Notes under the pieces: generated by a model
The model's input: the letters and a program-made list of their open reading frames with translations, nothing else
The model's database searches: none
What the model was told of the DNA's origin: nothing
Shown here: piece by piece, positions 52,414 through 63,294 of the stretch
Position numbering within the stretch: the stretch's first letter is position 1
Layout of the letters: each line of letters begins with the position of its first letter
Position numbers and translations under genes: made by a program
Source: Paramoeba atlantica
Lineage: Eukaryota; Protista; Discosea
Assembly: GCA_977017575.1 (NCBI GenBank)
Contig: CDRNVI010000007.1
Span: 124,001 to 188,000 of the forward strand
Length of the DNA stretch: 64,000 nt
Direction of reading: 5' to 3'

Positions 52414-52496
52414 TATACTTACATGCCCTATTCTGTACGTTTCTCGTATATTGTTAACACCTAGATAGTACCACTTGTTTTGTTTTTCACTCTAAA

Positions 52497-53681
52497 ATGG
52501 AAATAGATCCGGATTTGGAACTTGAGGAAAACAAAGTAAACGTCGATCACACCATTGTGCTCATGCAGTTGCGATACGAGTATCAAAGTTCGTACACGTT
52601 CTACTCAGATAAAGCCTCTGTCAAGGAACACATACTTGCGGTCATTCAGCAACACAACATGGCTCCGTATTATGCTGCAGCCTGTAAGTGTCTTGGATGG
52701 GAATTCAACTCTGAGATGTTTGAAAACATGCAAAAGAGAAATACTGCAGAAGAAGAAGCACTGCTAAAAGATGTATCGGATGCTAAAGAAAATATGGGAG
52801 AAAGCGATGTTCGCGACGCGCTACAAAAGGTTTGTGATTTCTATGCGAGTATTGGCAATCTCACTATGTGTGAAGAGTATAGCACGGAATGCTTTGATCG
52901 TACTTTGGGTAAAAGCCCGAAGCTTGATCTTCTTTTTCAACGGATACGACTTGGCCTTGCTGCGTGTGATTTGCAACTCGTGAGGACCAAAATTGATGCT
53001 GCAAAAGAAATTTTAAAGTCTCATGGAGACTGGGAGCGACGAAACCGGCTTAAAGTGTACGAGGCACTTTATTTCGTATCTGTACGTAAATTCTCACTTG
53101 CAAGTCCACTGTTACTAGATTCGATATCAACCTTTAGCGCACATGAGGTAATGGAATATAAGGATTTTCTTTTGGTCGCGATTATTGTAAGTCTCGTGAT
53201 TTTGGACAGACCCACCTTACGGAAGCACATTACGGAGTGCAGCGACATCGTGGCTCACTTCCCTGAGCTCCCAGCGTGCGAGGAGGTGCTTACTGCTCTG
53301 CACAACTGCAACTACCGACGCATCTTTTCCGGACTCGATGCTCTGTGTCACTCCGTGCAGCGTAGTGTTTTGCTAAACCCTCACGTGGATTATATTTACC
53401 GTGAGCTGCGCATACGTGCTATCTCACAGTTTCTTGAATCATACCGAAGCGTCACGCTTTCTTCTATGGCCTCCGCCTTTTTCATTTCAGAAGACGCAAT
53501 GGAAAAACAATTATGTTCCTTTATTGCGAGTGGGAGGTTGCACTGCAAAATAGATAAACTGAATGGAAGTGTTACGGCCACAAAGAAGAATCCCGTCACT
53601 GAATATTACCGAAAGATTATGGAGAAAGGGGATGCTTTGATGCACCGCGTTCAGAAACTTAGCCGTGCTGTGGGGAACTAA
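52497..53681 (+). CDS. RPN7: 26S proteasome lid subunit Rpn7 (PSMD6)
   Basis: MAPYY, GDWERRNRLKVYE, LLDSISTF, QFLESYRSVTL and RLHCKIDK motifs. Confidence 0.96.
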   Translation: MEIDPDLELEENKVNVDHTIVLMQLRYEYQSSYTFYSDKASVKEHILAVIQQHNMAPYYAAACKCLGWEFNSEMFENMQKRNTAEEEALLKDVSDAKENMGESDVRDALQKVCDFYASIGNLTMCEEYSTECFDRTLGKSPKLDLLFQRIRLGLAACDLQLVRTKIDAAKEILKSHGDWERRNRLKVYEALYFVSVRKFSLASPLLLDSISTFSAHEVMEYKDFLLVAIIVSLVILDRPTLRKHITECSDIVAHFPELPACEEVLTALHNCNYRRIFSGLDALCHSVQRSVLLNPHVDYIYRELRIRAISQFLESYRSVTLSSMASAFFISEDAMEKQLCSFIASGRLHCKIDKLNGSVTATKKNPVTEYYRKIMEKGDALMHRVQKLSRAVGN

Positions 53682-53995
53682 TTCCCGGTTCTGGAGCATC
53701 CGTCAAATACTGCTTTCTATTTCTTATGCCCTGGAGAACTGATTTTATCCGGAAGTTTTGATGACTATGTAAAAGGGGTGGAAATTAGCGTTCGATGATT
53801 ACAAAATAGGACGCAAAACAGAATAAAACTGAGACAAAATTGATTTAATAACAATTAGTTTTTTGATGCTCGCAGTAACACTCAAGATTTCCAATCTTCA
53901 CCAAAAACGTTGCTTGATCATTGGTCTCTGATATCTCTTAGATTCACGTATCTAGGTCCCTCTCATTTTTTCAGTCAAATATATTTTCTTCATCA

Positions 53996-56536
53996 ATGAG
54001 CAGAGTGGCTGACGGTCTATGGCGTTCGGAGGATATGGTATACGTACGGCTACAAATGCAACGTGAGACGGCGCATGAAACTATAAAACGTATTGGTCTT
54101 TTGGGTGTGGCAGAATTCATTGATCTGGAAAAGAACACCTCATGCCTCTCTCGAAAGTTTTCTTTAGAACTACGACGCTGTGAGGAGCTGGAGAGAAGGG
54201 TTGACTACTTGATAAGCCAGACCGATCAGATTGAATCTCCTGAGGATCACGGTTCTTGCATTCTCCCGCTTGGCCTTACTCAGGCAGCACCCACGCTGGA
54301 CTCCTTGGATGCCAAACTAGAGGAGTACGAAAAGGACGTCCGGGACCTCAACGCAAAGTTCGAACAGATGAACGCCGAGATGAATCGTAACCGCGAGTTC
54401 CACGAGGTGCTTCGCCGAGAGACTGCCTTCTTCCACGGCGGGGATGAGGAACTCACCAACCGCTCCGTTGAACTCGCCTCTCGTGAGCTCCGAGAGCCCG
54501 AACGCGGGCTAAGTCTCCTTACCGGGGTGCTGGAGGACGACAAACTCCACGACCTGGAGAAACTCATCTACCGTGCCACCAAAGGGAACTCCTTTGTGCG
54601 GTTCGACCCCATTGAGGACACCTTCCTCGAGGGCCCAGGCCACTCCCCCCAACACAAAACCGTCTTTGCCGTGTTCTTCTCCGCTCCCCGGATTCACCAA
54701 CGCCTCATGAAAGTGTGTCAAACCCTGGAGGCCAACCTCTACCCCTACCGTGAGGGGATGAGTGCCGCGATCCGCGCCCAGCTCACCAAACAGATCAGCG
54801 CACTGCGCCAAGCTCTTGCCGAGACCCAGCGCTGTCGGGACCAGACCCTCGCGGACGTCCAGCGCGAGATCCACACCTGGAAGGCGTTGGTGCAGACCAA
54901 ACGCGCAGTGTACCAAACACTCAACAAAATCACCTTTGCCGGGATGACCTGCGTCGCGGAGGCCTGGGTCCCGAAAGCGGAGCTCGGGGCGCTGCGTCGG
55001 GTCGTCACCGAGGCCGAGGTCGCGACCGGGGTGATGGCGAGTACGGTGGTGCAGGTGGCGCCCCCCGGGGTGGGGAGAACCCCCCCGACGTTCTTTAGGG
55101 TGGATAAGTACACCGAGACGTTCCAGGGGATTGTGGAGAGCTACGGGGTGGCGCGGTATAAGGAGGTGAACCCGGCGGTGCTTTCCGTGGTGACGTTTCC
55201 GTACCTTTTTGGGGTGATGTATGGAGATGTGGGCCATGGGGTGATGCTGACGGCCGTGGCGGTGTATCTGATTGCGCGGGAACGGTATTTTTTGCGTAAC
55301 TCGCAAGGGGAGATGTTTGATATGATTTTCGGGGCTCGATATTTGCTCGTGTTGATGGGCGTCTTTGCGACTTATATCGGGATGCTGTATAATGACACGT
55401 TTGGGCTTGTGCTTGGGGCTTTTCCCTCGGGTTACCAGTGGCTTCGAGGAGAAGGGCACGATTTTTTGTCTCACGAGGAGTCGGATCTGTCTCCCACGCA
55501 AGGGTTCGTGACGTGGTTTGGGGTGGACTCCGCATGGGCAGAGACGGAGAACAAGCTGGAGTTTATGAACTCGTTGAAAATGAAAGGAGCAATTATTATT
55601 GGTGTACTTCAGATGTTCGCCGGGCTGTTCTTGGGGTTGTTAAATCATTTGTACTTCCGCGACTGGAAGCGAGTGTGGTTCGAATTTGTGCCAGAAGCTG
55701 TGTTTCTGATGTGTACCTTTGGTTACATGGCTATACTTATTCTATTGAAGTGGTGTACCGCTTTCGGTTCTACGCATGACGCACCGTCCTTGCTAGAGAC
55801 CATGACGAATTTCTTCTTGGCGCCAGGCACCGTACTACAGCCTCTGTATGCGGGACAAGCTGGGATGCAAATTTTCCTTTTACTAGTGGCGTTTCTTATG
55901 ATTCCCACGATGTTGTTTCCAATTCCTTACCTGGAGTGGCGAGCGCACAAGAAGCGGTGCTCCGAGGCAGCCGAAAAGGCACGCACTCTTCCCGTCACCG
56001 TTCGATCATGCACGCCTCAACCAGGTTCGCAGAACGTGTATGCCAGCGATAATACGGAACCTTTTATAGATGGCGACAATTCTCGAATGCCTATCCACGA
56101 AGTTGATACGGATGACGGTGGTGCGCACGATCTTGAGACTGCTTCCGTCCCCGCGTTTGACCTCAGTGAAGTGGTCATCCACCAAATGATTCACACGATT
56201 GAATTTGTTCTGGGTTGTGTGTCGAATACTGCAAGTTATCTTCGTCTCTGGGCGCTCTCCCTGGCACATGCAGAACTCAGTGAAGTTTTCTGGAATTTTG
56301 CCTTCTTGAAGGCATTAGACATGGATTCTGGAAATGGTGTGATCGTGTTCGTGGGGTTCGGAGTGTGGCTTACCGTCACCATTGGTGTTCTTCTGATGAT
56401 GGAAGGGCTTTCAGCGTTTCTTCATGCGCTACGTCTTCACTGGGTAGAATTTCAAAACAAATTTTATCTTGCAGATGGGAAGAAATTTTCACCGTTCGTA
56501 ATCAGTGATGCAGCTTTATATGAGAGCTGTACTTAA
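53996..56536 (+). CDS. VPH1: V-type ATPase V0 subunit a
   Basis: GLWRSEDM, PPTFF, YGVARYKEVNP, FPYLFGVMYGDVGHG, SNTASYLRLWALSLAH (essential Arg) and LRLHWVEFQNKFY. Confidence 0.97.
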   Translation: MSRVADGLWRSEDMVYVRLQMQRETAHETIKRIGLLGVAEFIDLEKNTSCLSRKFSLELRRCEELERRVDYLISQTDQIESPEDHGSCILPLGLTQAAPTLDSLDAKLEEYEKDVRDLNAKFEQMNAEMNRNREFHEVLRRETAFFHGGDEELTNRSVELASRELREPERGLSLLTGVLEDDKLHDLEKLIYRATKGNSFVRFDPIEDTFLEGPGHSPQHKTVFAVFFSAPRIHQRLMKVCQTLEANLYPYREGMSAAIRAQLTKQISALRQALAETQRCRDQTLADVQREIHTWKALVQTKRAVYQTLNKITFAGMTCVAEAWVPKAELGALRRVVTEAEVATGVMASTVVQVAPPGVGRTPPTFFRVDKYTETFQGIVESYGVARYKEVNPAVLSVVTFPYLFGVMYGDVGHGVMLTAVAVYLIARERYFLRNSQGEMFDMIFGARYLLVLMGVFATYIGMLYNDTFGLVLGAFPSGYQWLRGEGHDFLSHEESDLSPTQGFVTWFGVDSAWAETENKLEFMNSLKMKGAIIIGVLQMFAGLFLGLLNHLYFRDWKRVWFEFVPEAVFLMCTFGYMAILILLKWCTAFGSTHDAPSLLETMTNFFLAPGTVLQPLYAGQAGMQIFLLLVAFLMIPTMLFPIPYLEWRAHKKRCSEAAEKARTLPVTVRSCTPQPGSQNVYASDNTEPFIDGDNSRMPIHEVDTDDGGAHDLETASVPAFDLSEVVIHQMIHTIEFVLGCVSNTASYLRLWALSLAHAELSEVFWNFAFLKALDMDSGNGVIVFVGFGVWLTVTIGVLLMMEGLSAFLHALRLHWVEFQNKFYLADGKKFSPFVISDAALYESCT

Positions 56537-56814
56537 GTACAGCTTTGTACTGGAGCGCACGAACTATTATGTGCTTGTATGTACTCTGAGGTTACTCAAA
56601 ATCTAAGACTGTTTTTGATATCCGGCGCATCCGAAATCGGATATGGGTAGCATTTGATTTGACGCAGCTTTCAACCCTCTTATTGAGCAACCTTTTTTGC
56701 TGAAAACTGTCTTTTGGAAACGCTCAAATCATATAGATAATCTTGCGTTGTACATCCTTATTTACATTCTACATTCCACTAAAGACTTTTACTTTTAAAA
56801 AGACTCGTTTCTAC

Positions 56815-59800
56815 ATGTCTGCAGACAGGGGACGTGGCACAAGGGGTCGGGGATCTAAGGCTATGGCTACTCCCACGCCGGCGCGTAACGTACACTCCGC
56901 GATACCTCCGCGAACCGTCTCGGCTCCGAATGACATCGGAAACCTTGCTCGAGCAGCACTTGTAGAACAGTCTTCCCGAGCCTCTCAAGGGAAGCCCATT
57001 CCCCCTGTTCGAGGTCCAAATCAACGTGACCCTCCTCCGAAACCGAAGTCAGGCAAGGGAGAAAAAGTAGAAGTCGTAGATAGCGGAGCACGAAAGAGCA
57101 CAGCGGAACCCCAACCCGGACCACCTTTCTCCAACCGTCCCAGAAAACCCGTCCTACACGAACCCACCGGACCAGCTGCGAGATATCCCGAAACCACCTA
57201 CACCAACCCCCCACCACCATTCGTCGATCGCAGACACCCTCAGCACCCCCAACCGATTGGCTACTACGACCATCCCCACCCCGAGGTTCCCCGCATGCAC
57301 GCCTCCCAGCCGATGCAGCCTGTCATGCACTACGCTCCTCACTACGCTTCCCATCACTTTCCGCATGACCCCTACGGGGGTACGCACGCGATCCCTGCAG
57401 GGTACGCCATGGCCTATGGGGTTCGAGGCCCAGAAGAAATACGACACCCCGGGACTACTGGGGTTTTTTACCCCCCGATGAGAATACCCCAACCCTCACC
57501 AGCATATCATAGGGATATGCCGGTCAAGGATGACACCTCTTTAGAAAGCGCTTCTGTACCGGCGCCTGTGAGCGAACCACCGCAGCCTGTTTTGGATATC
57601 GTTATCACGGATGCCAGTGGGAGACGTCACGATCTGCAGGACTGGGTCGCGACCTCGGAACACAATAAAGAGGAGGAAGTAAGGGTTTCGGCAGAGGAAA
57701 CGGACAAGACGTTGGATGGGGAAGAAACGGGACTATCCAAGGATAGTGTTCCGAGCTCAGCGGAGGAAAAACACGGAGGTGAGGAAAAGGAAGATGAAAA
57801 AATATCTCATGATTCAGCTGAAAGGTCTGAAAAAGAGGGGGATATCACGGATTCTTCAAGGACACAAGATGTTTCACAGCATAAACAAGAAGAGAACAAC
57901 GACGTTACACCCTCCAGCTCAGATGATATCTCAGAATCTATGGCTAACCTTAATATCTTATCAGCTCAGGAAACGCAATTATCCTCGAAGGAAGAAGTCG
58001 ATACACAGGATCTTGTGGAAGAGCAAACGAGCTCTGCACAAAGGACACATAATGCAGGTACGGATGTATCCCCAGTGGATGCCATATTCGAGATGTTCTT
58101 GCGACATCGCAAAGCATGGAATCCCGAGACATGTCCTCCGTTTCCCGGAGTCCTTGAAGTAAGACAATCTATAGAAATGTATAACAAGCGTGAAATGAAA
58201 GATAATGTTCTTGTGTACCACGAACCTTCTCGCGAGGAGCATGCGATCATATTCGGAACCGAGGTAAACAGAGCGCACAGTGTACGAGATATATTCACAA
58301 ACAAATCCGAGAATCCTTTTACACATCGCAATAGAAATCGAGAATCCGAATCTGAGGCAACTAAAAAGCATCTCCAGAGCATATTAAACAAGCTGTCCGA
58401 AGCGAATTACCGTTCGCTATGCACCGAACTGCTAAATACTAAATTTAATGCTCTATGTCGAGAACCCGAGTTTATGAAGGACGTTGTAAACATGTTCTTT
58501 GATAAAGCTATTAACGAAACAGCCTTTGCGCCTCTTTATGCACAATTTTGTCAGGACATTTATGCACACTGGAAAAGACAAGCGGTGGAGGATCGCTCTG
58601 ATCCGACAGACAAAAGTACACACCAATCTACGACGTTTCGCCGACAACTCCTTGAACATTGCAGAGAAGCCTTCATGAGCGGCTCTCATGTGCAGAGCGA
58701 TCCCCTTAGCGAGGTCAAGGAGGTCCCAGCAATGGACGATCCAGTCCACTGGAAACGCACCGTCGGAACTGTGAAATTTATAGGTGAGCTTTTCAAACTT
58801 CGACTCATAGCGAAAGGCATTATGCATGAAATCTCTTACAAAATGCTTTTTAGTCCTCTTACTGATAGAATGAGGGATAATTCTTTACTCCTTTTTTGTG
58901 AGCTGATGGAATCTATTGGTCCGCTTCTTGAAAACTCTGAGTCGGAAGTAGGGAATATGCACATTTACTTCGAGAATGTTTGTGTACTCTCCGCTACCTA
59001 TCCCAACATTCGCGTCCGATTTAAGCTTCTCAATTTATTGGAACTTCGACAACGTGACTGGGCAGGAGTTTCCAGCACAGCGCTGAGTAAAACATATGGT
59101 CCGTACTCCCAGGCTATGCCATCACAAGAGATTTCGTCGAAATCCGTCATGAGTTCCTCCGCTTCTCGGCCCCTACCGCCCCACTCCACGGGCAACTATG
59201 CCCGGCCTTCCTTGCGCGGAAGTCGAAGAGAGAACGAATCCCCTAGTCGTGGTAGCTACGCTGAACGTATGGTATCACCACTGGCGCCTAACACTGCGAA
59301 ATCTTTTCCTGCCGTCCGATGCGTCCTGTCGAGGACCTCCAGCGAACGATCGGATCTCTCGGCAATGAAACTACCAACGAGGTCCTCGTCTTCCGATTTG
59401 GATTCTGTACTCAATACACCCGACATTAACGCTAGACTTTCGAATTTGGGCTCAGCGACTACCGACCAGATTACACAAAAACTCGAGGAGAAAGCTATGA
59501 TGGCATTACAGGAAAGTATTCCTTATGCCATTGAAATCGTGGAAGTGTTTAAAATTAACGACTACAACCTTTTCCTTCAAAAGTGCATTGATACGCTGTG
59601 CAGCTCTGTCCAAAGATTTGGTGATGCGAGGTGTGCGTTTGGAAGCTTCTCAAAATCGATCCTCAAAAATACAGACGCGAAATCAGAACTTTCCATTGCT
59701 CTTAACTCAGTTATCCGAAATTGGATTTCTCGGGAGCAATATACTGATGCGCCAAAGCTCTGGGTGACTTTTGCGGAGATCGTTTCGTCACTTATAGAAA

Positions 59801-60396
59801 GTGGGCTACTTCCGAGGGGATATTGGAATGACGCCTTACAGATTGTGCTACAAGCCGGGGAAGCCGACATGAACTTAAAAGGTTACATTGAAGCTGTTCA
59901 TCTTAAAACAGACACGTCAGATATCACTGGCATCGCAAAGGATGTAACAAATATTCCGTATCTTCGAACAATGTCTGTCGCGGAGTGGCCTGAAAGCTTC
60001 GAATTATTAGTCAACGCAGATGTTGAAGAGTCCGCACTTAAGGAGTACAAGGCTATAAGGAAAGTGAAGTGGGTTTTTCCTTCAAAACGTTACGATGCTT
60101 TGTGGGCCAGCCGATGCGCTTCCGTTCTTTTTACATTTATGCTAAAAGAAAAAATTTCATATGAATCGGAGATGTGTGCACGGTTATTGGATTTCGCCGC
60201 TTTTATCGCCGACGGTCGTTCTGTAAAAGAAAGAGCACGAAACGAATTAATACTGCTAATTGAGTTGAATCATTCTGCACACGCTTTAGATATGAAAGAG
60301 GACGTACAAGTGCTTACTGATATTTTGGTGCAGAGCAAGATAATATCGACAGAGACAGTCACAGAGTGTAAAAATCTACTAAAACTTATACCTTAA
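56815..60396 (+). CDS. EIF4G: eIF4G-family translation initiation factor (MIF4G domain)
   Basis: SILNKLS..NY, FDKAINE..FAPLYAQFC, FRRQLL..C...F and GTVKFIGELFK; paralog not determined. Confidence 0.88.
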   Translation: MSADRGRGTRGRGSKAMATPTPARNVHSAIPPRTVSAPNDIGNLARAALVEQSSRASQGKPIPPVRGPNQRDPPPKPKSGKGEKVEVVDSGARKSTAEPQPGPPFSNRPRKPVLHEPTGPAARYPETTYTNPPPPFVDRRHPQHPQPIGYYDHPHPEVPRMHASQPMQPVMHYAPHYASHHFPHDPYGGTHAIPAGYAMAYGVRGPEEIRHPGTTGVFYPPMRIPQPSPAYHRDMPVKDDTSLESASVPAPVSEPPQPVLDIVITDASGRRHDLQDWVATSEHNKEEEVRVSAEETDKTLDGEETGLSKDSVPSSAEEKHGGEEKEDEKISHDSAERSEKEGDITDSSRTQDVSQHKQEENNDVTPSSSDDISESMANLNILSAQETQLSSKEEVDTQDLVEEQTSSAQRTHNAGTDVSPVDAIFEMFLRHRKAWNPETCPPFPGVLEVRQSIEMYNKREMKDNVLVYHEPSREEHAIIFGTEVNRAHSVRDIFTNKSENPFTHRNRNRESESEATKKHLQSILNKLSEANYRSLCTELLNTKFNALCREPEFMKDVVNMFFDKAINETAFAPLYAQFCQDIYAHWKRQAVEDRSDPTDKSTHQSTTFRRQLLEHCREAFMSGSHVQSDPLSEVKEVPAMDDPVHWKRTVGTVKFIGELFKLRLIAKGIMHEISYKMLFSPLTDRMRDNSLLLFCELMESIGPLLENSESEVGNMHIYFENVCVLSATYPNIRVRFKLLNLLELRQRDWAGVSSTALSKTYGPYSQAMPSQEISSKSVMSSSASRPLPPHSTGNYARPSLRGSRRENESPSRGSYAERMVSPLAPNTAKSFPAVRCVLSRTSSERSDLSAMKLPTRSSSSDLDSVLNTPDINARLSNLGSATTDQITQKLEEKAMMALQESIPYAIEIVEVFKINDYNLFLQKCIDTLCSSVQRFGDARCAFGSFSKSILKNTDAKSELSIALNSVIRNWISREQYTDAPKLWVTFAEIVSSLIESGLLPRGYWNDALQIVLQAGEADMNLKGYIEAVHLKTDTSDITGIAKDVTNIPYLRTMSVAEWPESFELLVNADVEESALKEYKAIRKVKWVFPSKRYDALWASRCASVLFTFMLKEKISYESEMCARLLDFAAFIADGRSVKERARNELILLIELNHSAHALDMKEDVQVLTDILVQSKIISTETVTECKNLLKLIP

Positions 60397-60872
60397 AGAT
60401 ACTCTTCTAAAAGCTCGCTTCTTCACTTCGCTTCAATCGTTTTTAAGATTGCATTTCGAGTTCTACCATTGTGAGTGGCCGAGGTATAATATTTTTTCCG
60501 AAGATGCTGGGATTGCATTCTGATATGCAGGCACAGTAAACCATATTTTAAGCTTTCCGAAAAAGCTACCAAGTAATCCTGAGAAAATAAATTTTAAGCT
60601 TAATAAAAGACTTAGTCTGGACATTAATACAATATTAATTCATTGACAACCTAAATTTTTTGGAGGGTTCTTGAGCTTAGTAATACTGTTTTATTAAGTT
60701 AATAGCTATTAAGATAAATAGCTTAAGGTTCTTTTGAAAGAAGAGAAAATAAGCGAATAAGAAAACTTTTTGAACTCTGAATAGGGTAGTGTTACTTCGT
60801 ACACTTTCAATGAATGCGTAATTTCGTCTCTCTATCGTAACCCTTTGAGAACTGAAGTTCCTTGTGCAAATC

Positions 60873-61573
60873 ATGGCGGTTCAAGATGCGAATAGTCTGT
60901 ACAAAGTATTGGAAAAAGGCGACTTCACACTAGAGGCTTTGTTACATTTCGATGAATTTCCCTTCCGTGTTCGGGAGCGACACCCTTCCTTGATGGAAAA
61001 ATAGTGTCGAAAAATGGTTCACTACTAGTGAACGTATAGTGGGGACACTTTCTCTGCACACAAGTGGTCCCTCAGGTTGCACTTCAAAGACAACCACTTG
61101 GGCGGATAAGTTCTCCCAGAAAAACTGTAAGTTCGAGGGATTCAGAAGGGTTAATTGCTCATCAATCTCCGAAAAACTCTGAAAGTCACATTGGAGAACC
61201 ATTTTCAAGTGGCAGTCCCATACAGAAAAACGAAGATAGCAGAATACCTAATGTGAACCAAGACACCGACGTGCTTGATACCGACGAGGAACATTTGCTT
61301 CGAACAGACCCACATGCAACGTTAGGATTTGACTCTCCCGATGCTGTTGATGTATCACTTAGGAGAGATTTATGGACTCTAAATCCTTTTCCTCACTCCA
61401 CTGAGGTTACACAATCAAGTCACCACTCGCCATGTTCTAGTTACCCCGCGCGCCACAGTCCTCTACTGGGGTCCGTAGCCCCACTGGGTGGAGTATCTGA
61501 CTCTCCTGATATGTCAAGAGAGATTTTTGATGAGGAGTTGGCACCTGCTGTCTTCAACGCTTTCAATTATTAG
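60873..61573 (+). pseudogene. Broken reading frames; the first 43 codons resemble a SAPS/PP6 regulatory subunit N-terminus
   Basis: MAVQDANSLYKVLEKGDFTLEALLHFDEF...HPSLMEK stops at 61004; a separate ORF at 61064-61573 has no ATG. Confidence 0.3.
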
Positions 61574-62360
61574 AAACTACGGACATAGATGTTAGAATAG
61601 AAAGATTCTCTTACGAAATAGTGGAAAGGTAAATAAGACGCGAGGCAAAAAAATGTAGAGCACCGAAATTACAACCTACAACGTTTTTATTTATTTAACT
61701 TCAGCACTGTTTTCTATTTTCCTTCATGGAAACGAACTACAGTGCACACAATATTTGTGTAACAAAAAAATATTGAGGGAGATACGGTGAGTATCTAACT
61801 CGCTTACTAAGGTTAATTCCAGGAGCCCAAAATTGGCATAAAACGAGCACAAAAACGATTTTTTCGAAATTTTAAAAACAGAGGTATGGCTCATCAATCA
61901 ACACAATCTCTGTAATTCTCCAAAAATGAAAAAAATCGAGTACAGTCCACGGTTTTTAGAACGCTTTTACCAAAAATGAGACTCGGAATGCGGCTCAGAA
62001 ACGGACATTTCAAATCCGAAAAAAACGCAAAGATCCTCGATTATGTTCCCAAAATTGACAGACTACAGCTGTTTCAAAGTTTGGGGAATATTTTTGAGCT
62101 CCTTAACTAACTTCCAGAAATATCTTTTTTTTGAAACGCATTTCACTCGCCGACGGCATAACAAATGAACGAAAAAAAGGTACGATTTTATCGGCCATGA
62201 AAAACTGGCCAGCTGGCCACTCCCTGAAACAATTTTGAGCTAGTCACTTCCTGGAAAACTGGCCAGATGGCTACCAAAAACTGCAGTTTGCATTTCGTAT
62301 ACGTAAGATGAATCGCGACGTCCAAAAAAAGTCGCAAGCTGCCCACCTCCTGCATGAAAG

Positions 62361-62701
62361 GGAAGCTGGTCACTTTTTCAGGGGGTGGCCAGGTGGCCAC
62401 TTTTTCAAGGGGTGGCCAGCTGGCCACTTTTTCAAGGGGTGGCCAATTGGCCACTTTTTCAAGGGGTGGTCAGCCGGGCACTTTTTCAGGTGGTGGCAAG
62501 CTGGCCACTTTTTCAAGGGGTGGCCAGCTGGCCACTTTTTCAGGGGGTGGCCAGCTGGCCACTTTTCAAGGGGTGGCCAGCTGGCCACTTTTTCAGGGGG
62601 TGGCCAGGTGGCCACTTTCTCAAGGGGTGGCCAGCTGGCCACTTTTTCAGGGGTTGGCCAGCTGGCCACTTTTTCAAGGGGTAGTCAGCTGACTACTTTT
62701 T
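62361..62701. repeat. 27-bp minisatellite, ~13 units, each with a 16-bp palindrome
   Basis: Unit approx. GTGGCCAGCTGGCCACTTTTTCAAGGG; degenerate copies at ~62205-62270. Confidence 0.95.
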
Positions 62702-62790
62702 AGAAGAAGATTGGCATTGTTTTGTCAATTCTTACTGCCATGATGCCCACGAATTTTCCTGATTGATACGACGAAACTATTTTTGTAGAA

Positions 62791-62997
62791 TCCAGGTATA
62801 TAGAGTCGAGGGAGATACGAAGCAACAGATGTAGCAAATTCCCACTGAAAAGAAATCGTATCTCCCTGCACGAAGTTGGCTCCAAGCTAGCAAGCGCATA
62901 GGTAGGCAGTTCTCGTGCAGGGAGATACGATTTCTTTTCGGTGGGAATCTGCTACATATGTTGCTTCGTATCTCCCTCGCCCCTTTATGGACCTGGA
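62791..62997. mobile_element. Foldback MITE (~85-bp arms), same family as 49585-49803
   Basis: TCCAGG...CGAGGGAGATACGAAGCAAC...GTATCTCCCTGCACGA and its inverse; flanks TTTGTAGAA / TTTGTAAAA (8 of 9 match). Confidence 0.82.
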
Positions 62998-63294
62998 TTT
63001 GTAAAACAAAAATTAGTAAATTTTTAATTAGTTAAACACTTTGGAAAATTCACGTTTTACACCTTACATTATTTTTTTTCTTTGTTTCGGAATTCTATTC
63101 TTTTTTACGAAAAGTTTTCAGAGTCCTTAACAGATTAGCAAAAGAATTGGTTATTCGAATACTCATGTAGAATGTTCATGTAGGGACACTGTATGGGAGG
63201 GGGCAAAAGTCAATCCCTTTTGGGGGCATTTTCTTCGAGGTAAAGATACCGTTTACATAAAATACGCTTCACTGAAGCCTGACACACTCAGCAT

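Noticed and set aside
60873-61060. Stop-codon reassignment (Blastocrithidia-like) as an explanation for in-frame stops
   Set aside because: All well-conserved genes in the window are free of internal stops and end at ordinary TAA/TAG/TGA
62188-62703. ORFs open in several frames with 9-aa repeats; possible CRISPR-like array
   Set aside because: These are translations of the 27-bp tandem repeat. There are no unique spacers and no cas genes, so it is not CRISPR and probably non-coding.
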